Source: Patescibacteria group bacterium (lineage in GTDB: Bacteria > Patescibacteriota > UBA1384 > CAILIB01). Taken from it: 24,000 nucleotides of DNA. This document shows positions 21,961 through 24,000 of the stretch, in pieces. Positions within the stretch are counted from its first letter, which is position 1; the number at the start of each line of letters is the position of its first letter. A model generated the notes under the pieces. The model was given only the letters and a program-made list of their open reading frames with translations, was not told where the DNA came from and did no database searches. The DNA lies in NCBI GenBank assembly GCA_022842085.1, contig JALHQF010000006.1, forward strand, positions 1 to 24,000. Reading direction: 5' to 3'. Both the position numbers and the translations under genes were made by a program.

Positions 21961-22134
21961 ATGGAAAAATCCTTTATCTGGCTCGGCGTACTGGTTGGTT
22001 CTGCTGCTGGAAGCTACTTGCCCACACTTTGGGGAGCAAGCGCTTTTTCTGGCGTCAGCATCCTCTTTGGGAGTCTGGGTGGAGCTCTCGGCCTTTGGGC
22101 TGGGTTTGTTCTCAGTCAACGTATTGGCGAGTAG
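21961..22134 (+). CDS. small hydrophobic membrane protein (57 aa, two predicted TM segments)
   Basis: MEKSFIWLGVLVGSAAGSYLPTLWGASAFSGVSILFGSLGGALGLWAGFVLSQRIGE. It is Gly/Ala/Leu-rich with two hydrophobic stretches. The track version starts at GTG 21946. Confidence 0.45.
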   Translation: MEKSFIWLGVLVGSAAGSYLPTLWGASAFSGVSILFGSLGGALGLWAGFVLSQRIGE

Positions 22135-22147
22135 AAAAGCAAAAAAC

Positions 22148-22163
22148 CTGGCCCGAGAGCCAG
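22148..22163 (-). terminator. short hairpin with a strong U-tract on the minus strand
   Basis: The minus-strand RNA reads CUGGC-UCUCGG-GCCAG followed by GUUUUUUGCUUUU. It lies 14 nt after the stop of the 32-aa acidic ORF. Confidence 0.45.
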
Positions 22164-22176
22164 ATTTCTTGTTGAG

Positions 22177-22275
22177 TTACTCAGCGTCCTCTTCGGCAGG
22201 CATTTCTGCCTCAGGCATCATTTCACCAGCCTCTTCTTCTACTGCTGGCGTCATTGGCATGTCCATTTCTTCCAT
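22177..22275 (-). CDS. possible small acidic Met/Glu-rich peptide (32 aa)
   Basis: Hand translation gives MEEMDMPMTPAVEEEAGEMMPEAEMPAEEDAE. It is preceded by CCAGGAGGAACCATC-ATG, the strongest SD in the window, and followed by a U-tract hairpin. GC3 is only about 47% (atypical), and it is below the ORF-track cut-off. Confidence 0.3.
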   Translation of the reverse strand: MEEMDMPMTPAVEEEAGEMMPEAEMPAEEDAE

Positions 22276-22353
22276 GATGGTTCCTCCTGGGTTACGGATA
22301 GGGGGGACCTAACCACCCTACGGCGCGTGGGGCTAGTTGGCAAGTAAGACTAG

Positions 22354-22653
22354 CTAGCGCGATCTTCGGCTCAGGTACGCACTTCCCACGGAGGTGAGTG
22401 CCGTGAATGCCACCGCCACGCTCACGAGCATGTAGACAACCGCAACGAGACGAGAGAGATCAGTCGTTGGGTGTAGGTCACCATACCCAATCGTGGTGAC
22501 AGTGGCGGTGCTAAAGTACAGCGCTTCCGCCCAGCTCCACCCTTCGAGGATGCGAAAGGTGATAGTTCCCAGGGCAATAAGGCCACCAAGGGCGGTCAGG
22601 CCAGACCATACACGGCCGCGCACCTGAGAGAGGGCTTCCTTTCGTGAGATCAT
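22354..22653 (-). CDS. minimal two-TM potassium channel (99 aa)
   Basis: The selectivity filter TVTTIGYGD is flanked by two hydrophobic helices in a KcsA-like M1-P-M2 layout. Confidence 0.9.
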   Translation of the reverse strand: MISRKEALSQVRGRVWSGLTALGGLIALGTITFRILEGWSWAEALYFSTATVTTIGYGDLHPTTDLSRLVAVVYMLVSVAVAFTALTSVGSAYLSRRSR

Positions 22654-23072
22654 GATGCTTCATGCTTAGGTGTATAGCGCTTTACGCACTCGACAATAAT
22701 GGTGCGCAGAACCGAGAGATCGATATCGGAAAGCCGCTTAATGTAGAGGCAAGAGACGCCGGCTTTGTGCGGACCAAGCTTGGCTAAGTGGGGAGCGAGC
22801 TCTTCTTTAGAGCCGATATAGAGTGTCAGGTTTTGCTTACGCGAAGAAAACGCACACACCGGCCAGTCTCCTGAGTTTCCAGAGGCGTAGAGGTAGGGAG
22901 CAGTGCCAAAGCCAACTATAGCACTGCCCCACATCTTGGGGGGCTCGCCGCTGATTTCCTGCATGAGGGAGCAGACTGTGCGGCAGTCGCTCTGTCGCGT
23001 GGGTGATTCGATTGCACTCAGGTATGACTCAACAGAGGCATCGTTCTGTTTGGTCTTGAGCTCGTAGGCCAT
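22650..23072 (-). CDS. DUF1801 (YdhG-like) domain protein
   Basis: ASVESYLSAIESPTRQSDCRTVCSLMQEISGEPPKMWGSAIVGFG...LTLYI...GKHKAGVSCLYIKRLSDIDLSVLRTII matches the DUF1801 pattern. The stop overlaps the K+ channel ATG (ATGA). Confidence 0.85.
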   Translation of the reverse strand: MAYELKTKQNDASVESYLSAIESPTRQSDCRTVCSLMQEISGEPPKMWGSAIVGFGTAPYLYASGNSGDWPVCAFSSRKQNLTLYIGSKEELAPHLAKLGPHKAGVSCLYIKRLSDIDLSVLRTIIVECVKRYTPKHEAS

Positions 23073-23087
23073 GGCACTAGACTAGCA

Positions 23088-23113
23088 AAACCACCACCGT
23101 TTGGTGATGGTTT
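23088..23113 (-). terminator. rho-independent terminator after the LTXXQ gene
   Basis: AAACCACCACC-gttt-GGTGATGGTTT, an 11-bp stem with 1 mismatch. The minus-strand version is followed by TTTTGCTAG. Confidence 0.55.
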
Positions 23114-23135
23114 GCGATGTCCGAGCGCTTCCTAG

Positions 23136-23618
23136 CTAGCGTGGACTGCCTCCGAAACCGTCACCACCTCGCATTCCTCCGTTTGAGCGGAGTATTTCAG
23201 GATCAATTCCCTGTGCTTTTACCCATGCATCCATTTCGCTGCGTTTTGCCTCCCTCTGGGTGCGCCGCTCCTCTCGCGTGAGATCTTTCGTGGATTGCAT
23301 ATCAGCCAAGCGTGCTGCGTTCATCTCAGCCAGCTTGGCTGTGACGGCGTCTGCCTGTACCTGGGTAAGCTTACCGTCCGTGACGAGCTGCTTGAGGTGC
23401 TCAGCGCGCTTGGTCTCCCTGCCAGCCTCCCGCAAAGTCCGCTCTTCTTTCAGGAAGCTCTGCACTTCGTCCTTGTTGAGGTTGAACTTCGCTGCAATCC
23501 GCTCTGCAAAACCACCGTCGTCTACAGGGGAGTGAGCGCTCACTGTGGCGGTGAATCCGGCTCCCAGTAGCGAGAGTGCCGCGGCACTGAGTATGCCAAT
23601 TCGGGTACGGGTTTTCAT
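23136..23618 (-). CDS. secreted helical protein with LTXXQ motif (CpxP/Spy-like, tentative)
   Basis: I chose the ATG at 23618 (MKTRTRIGILSAAALSLLGAGFTATVSA, a signal peptide). The mature part is charged and helical, with KLTQVQADAV (LTxxQ) and DLTREERRTQ (LTxxE). It is divergent from a response regulator gene. Confidence 0.55.
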   Translation of the reverse strand: MKTRTRIGILSAAALSLLGAGFTATVSAHSPVDDGGFAERIAAKFNLNKDEVQSFLKEERTLREAGRETKRAEHLKQLVTDGKLTQVQADAVTAKLAEMNAARLADMQSTKDLTREERRTQREAKRSEMDAWVKAQGIDPEILRSNGGMRGGDGFGGSPR

Positions 23619-23633
23619 GTGCTTGTTGGTTAG

Positions 23634-23647
23634 CTGCCAATTGGCAG
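23634..23647. promoter_or_regulatory. perfect 14-bp palindrome CTGCCAATTGGCAG
   Basis: Read directly from the sequence. It lies 16 nt upstream of the ATG at 23618, in the divergent intergenic region. Confidence 0.3.
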
Positions 23648-23669
23648 TGAGCAGAGTGTGCACGCAGTT

Positions 23670-23727
23670 GCTGAGATAAGGCTGAGACTCCCTTTCGTCC
23701 GGCCATCTTATTCAGGAAACTCTCAGC
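23670..23727. promoter_or_regulatory. three copies of heptamer GCTGAGA (two direct, 11 bp apart, and one inverted)
   Basis: GCTGAGA occurs at 23670-23676 and 23681-23687, and its complement TCTCAGC at 23721-23727. An 11-bp direct-repeat spacing is the usual geometry of OmpR/PhoB-family binding sites. Confidence 0.35.
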
Positions 23728-23748
23728 GTTTCCCGCTACACTCGCGCT

Positions 23749-24000
23749 ATGCGAGTACTCGTTGTAGAGGATCAACCAAAAATTGCTGAGGCAATTCGGC
23801 AAGGCTTGGTACAAGAAGGCTACGCGGTGGATGTTGTGCATTCGGGAGATCAGGGGCTGCGCTATGCCTCTACTGAGCCCTATGACCTCATCATCCTCGA
23901 TCGCATGCTTCCTGGCACGCTGGACGGAGAAGGGGTAGTGCGCGCACTACGTGCGGCACGTGTAACGACCCCCGTGCTCATGCTCACGGCACGCACGGCT
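23749..24000 (+). CDS. OmpR-family response regulator (receiver domain; truncated by the right edge)
   Basis: Hand translation gives MRVLVVEDQPKIAEAIRQGLVQEGYAVDVVHSGDQGLRYASTEPYDLIILDRMLPGTLDGEGVVRALRAARVTTPVLMLTARTA. It shows the classic receiver motifs (DD-like acidic pocket, phospho-acceptor D in LILD, T in LTA). Confidence 0.9.
   Translation, partial: MRVLVVEDQPKIAEAIRQGLVQEGYAVDVVHSGDQGLRYASTEPYDLIILDRMLPGTLDGEGVVRALRAARVTTPVLMLTARTA

Noticed and set aside
21514-22312. A 201-aa minus-strand ORF (21514-22119) and plus-strand ORFs at 21884-22312 and 21924-22175.
   Set aside because: The 201-aa ORF runs antisense through the Nudix gene 3' end, the tRNA-Gln gene and its hairpin. The plus-strand ORFs cross the terminator structures. 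The compositions are Ser/Arg/Pro-rich.
23401-23841. A 146-aa minus-strand ORF spanning the LTXXQ gene 5' end, the intergenic region and the response-regulator start.
   Set aside because: It overlaps two better-supported genes and the regulatory spacer, and no family is recognisable.
21788-24000. A genomic island integrated at tRNA-Gln.
   Set aside because: I found no integrase or recombinase gene and no direct repeat of the tRNA 3' end downstream within the window. The accessory-looking content alone is not enough evidence.
1-24000. CRISPR arrays, IS elements, rRNA genes, and long direct or inverted repeats.
   Set aside because: I saw no regularly spaced repeats, no transposase- or integrase-like ORFs, and no rRNA signature sequences on reading the window. 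The only repeats are the short ones reported above.

Overview
This is a gene-dense bacterial chromosomal window, moderately GC-rich. Hand counts of stretches of uvrA and rpmI give about 70% G/C at third codon positions. Most of it is housekeeping.

Minus strand: rplY (edge-truncated), uvrB, trmD, a KH-domain protein, rpsP, fmt, def, a degenerate priA-like gene, lepB, rplT-rpmI-infC, a DAGK/NADK-like gene and a bactofilin.

Plus strand: der, uvrA, rnhB, a DUF1653 gene, RNase P RNA (type A, about 17132-17481) and tRNA-Gln(UUG) (21788-21862).

I saw no rRNA, CRISPR array, transposase, integrase or prophage genes.

Accessory or poorly understood parts:
- An orphan promoter-to-terminator unit with a His-rich small ORF between trmD and uvrB.
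- A translationally coupled pair of unrecognisable proteins between uvrA and rnhB.
- An envelope cluster: a membrane-anchored cytochrome b5-like protein, a phosphodiester-glycosidase-like protein, and an Ig/FN3-like surface protein with a C-terminal anchor.
- A divergent pair encoding a P-loop kinase-CYTH fusion and a wHTH-Nudix protein, with a tandem palindromic repeat between them.
- After tRNA-Gln: a small membrane protein, a very acidic 32-aa ORF with the only strong Shine-Dalgarno in the window, and a minimal K+ channel coupled to a DUF1801 gene.
- A CpxP/Spy-like LTXXQ protein divergent from an OmpR-family response regulator, with heptamer repeats in between.

My best candidates for undescribed biology are the kinase-CYTH / wHTH-Nudix module and the coupled unknown pair at 14934-15721. 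Both calls rest on motif reading only, and no database search was possible.

The lineage cannot be determined. Several traits suggest an Actinobacteria-like or CPR/Patescibacteria-like organism, as inference only: few SD sequences, TAnnnT hexamers abutting start codons, extended ribosomal proteins, no rimM between the KH gene and trmD, and a degenerate PriA.
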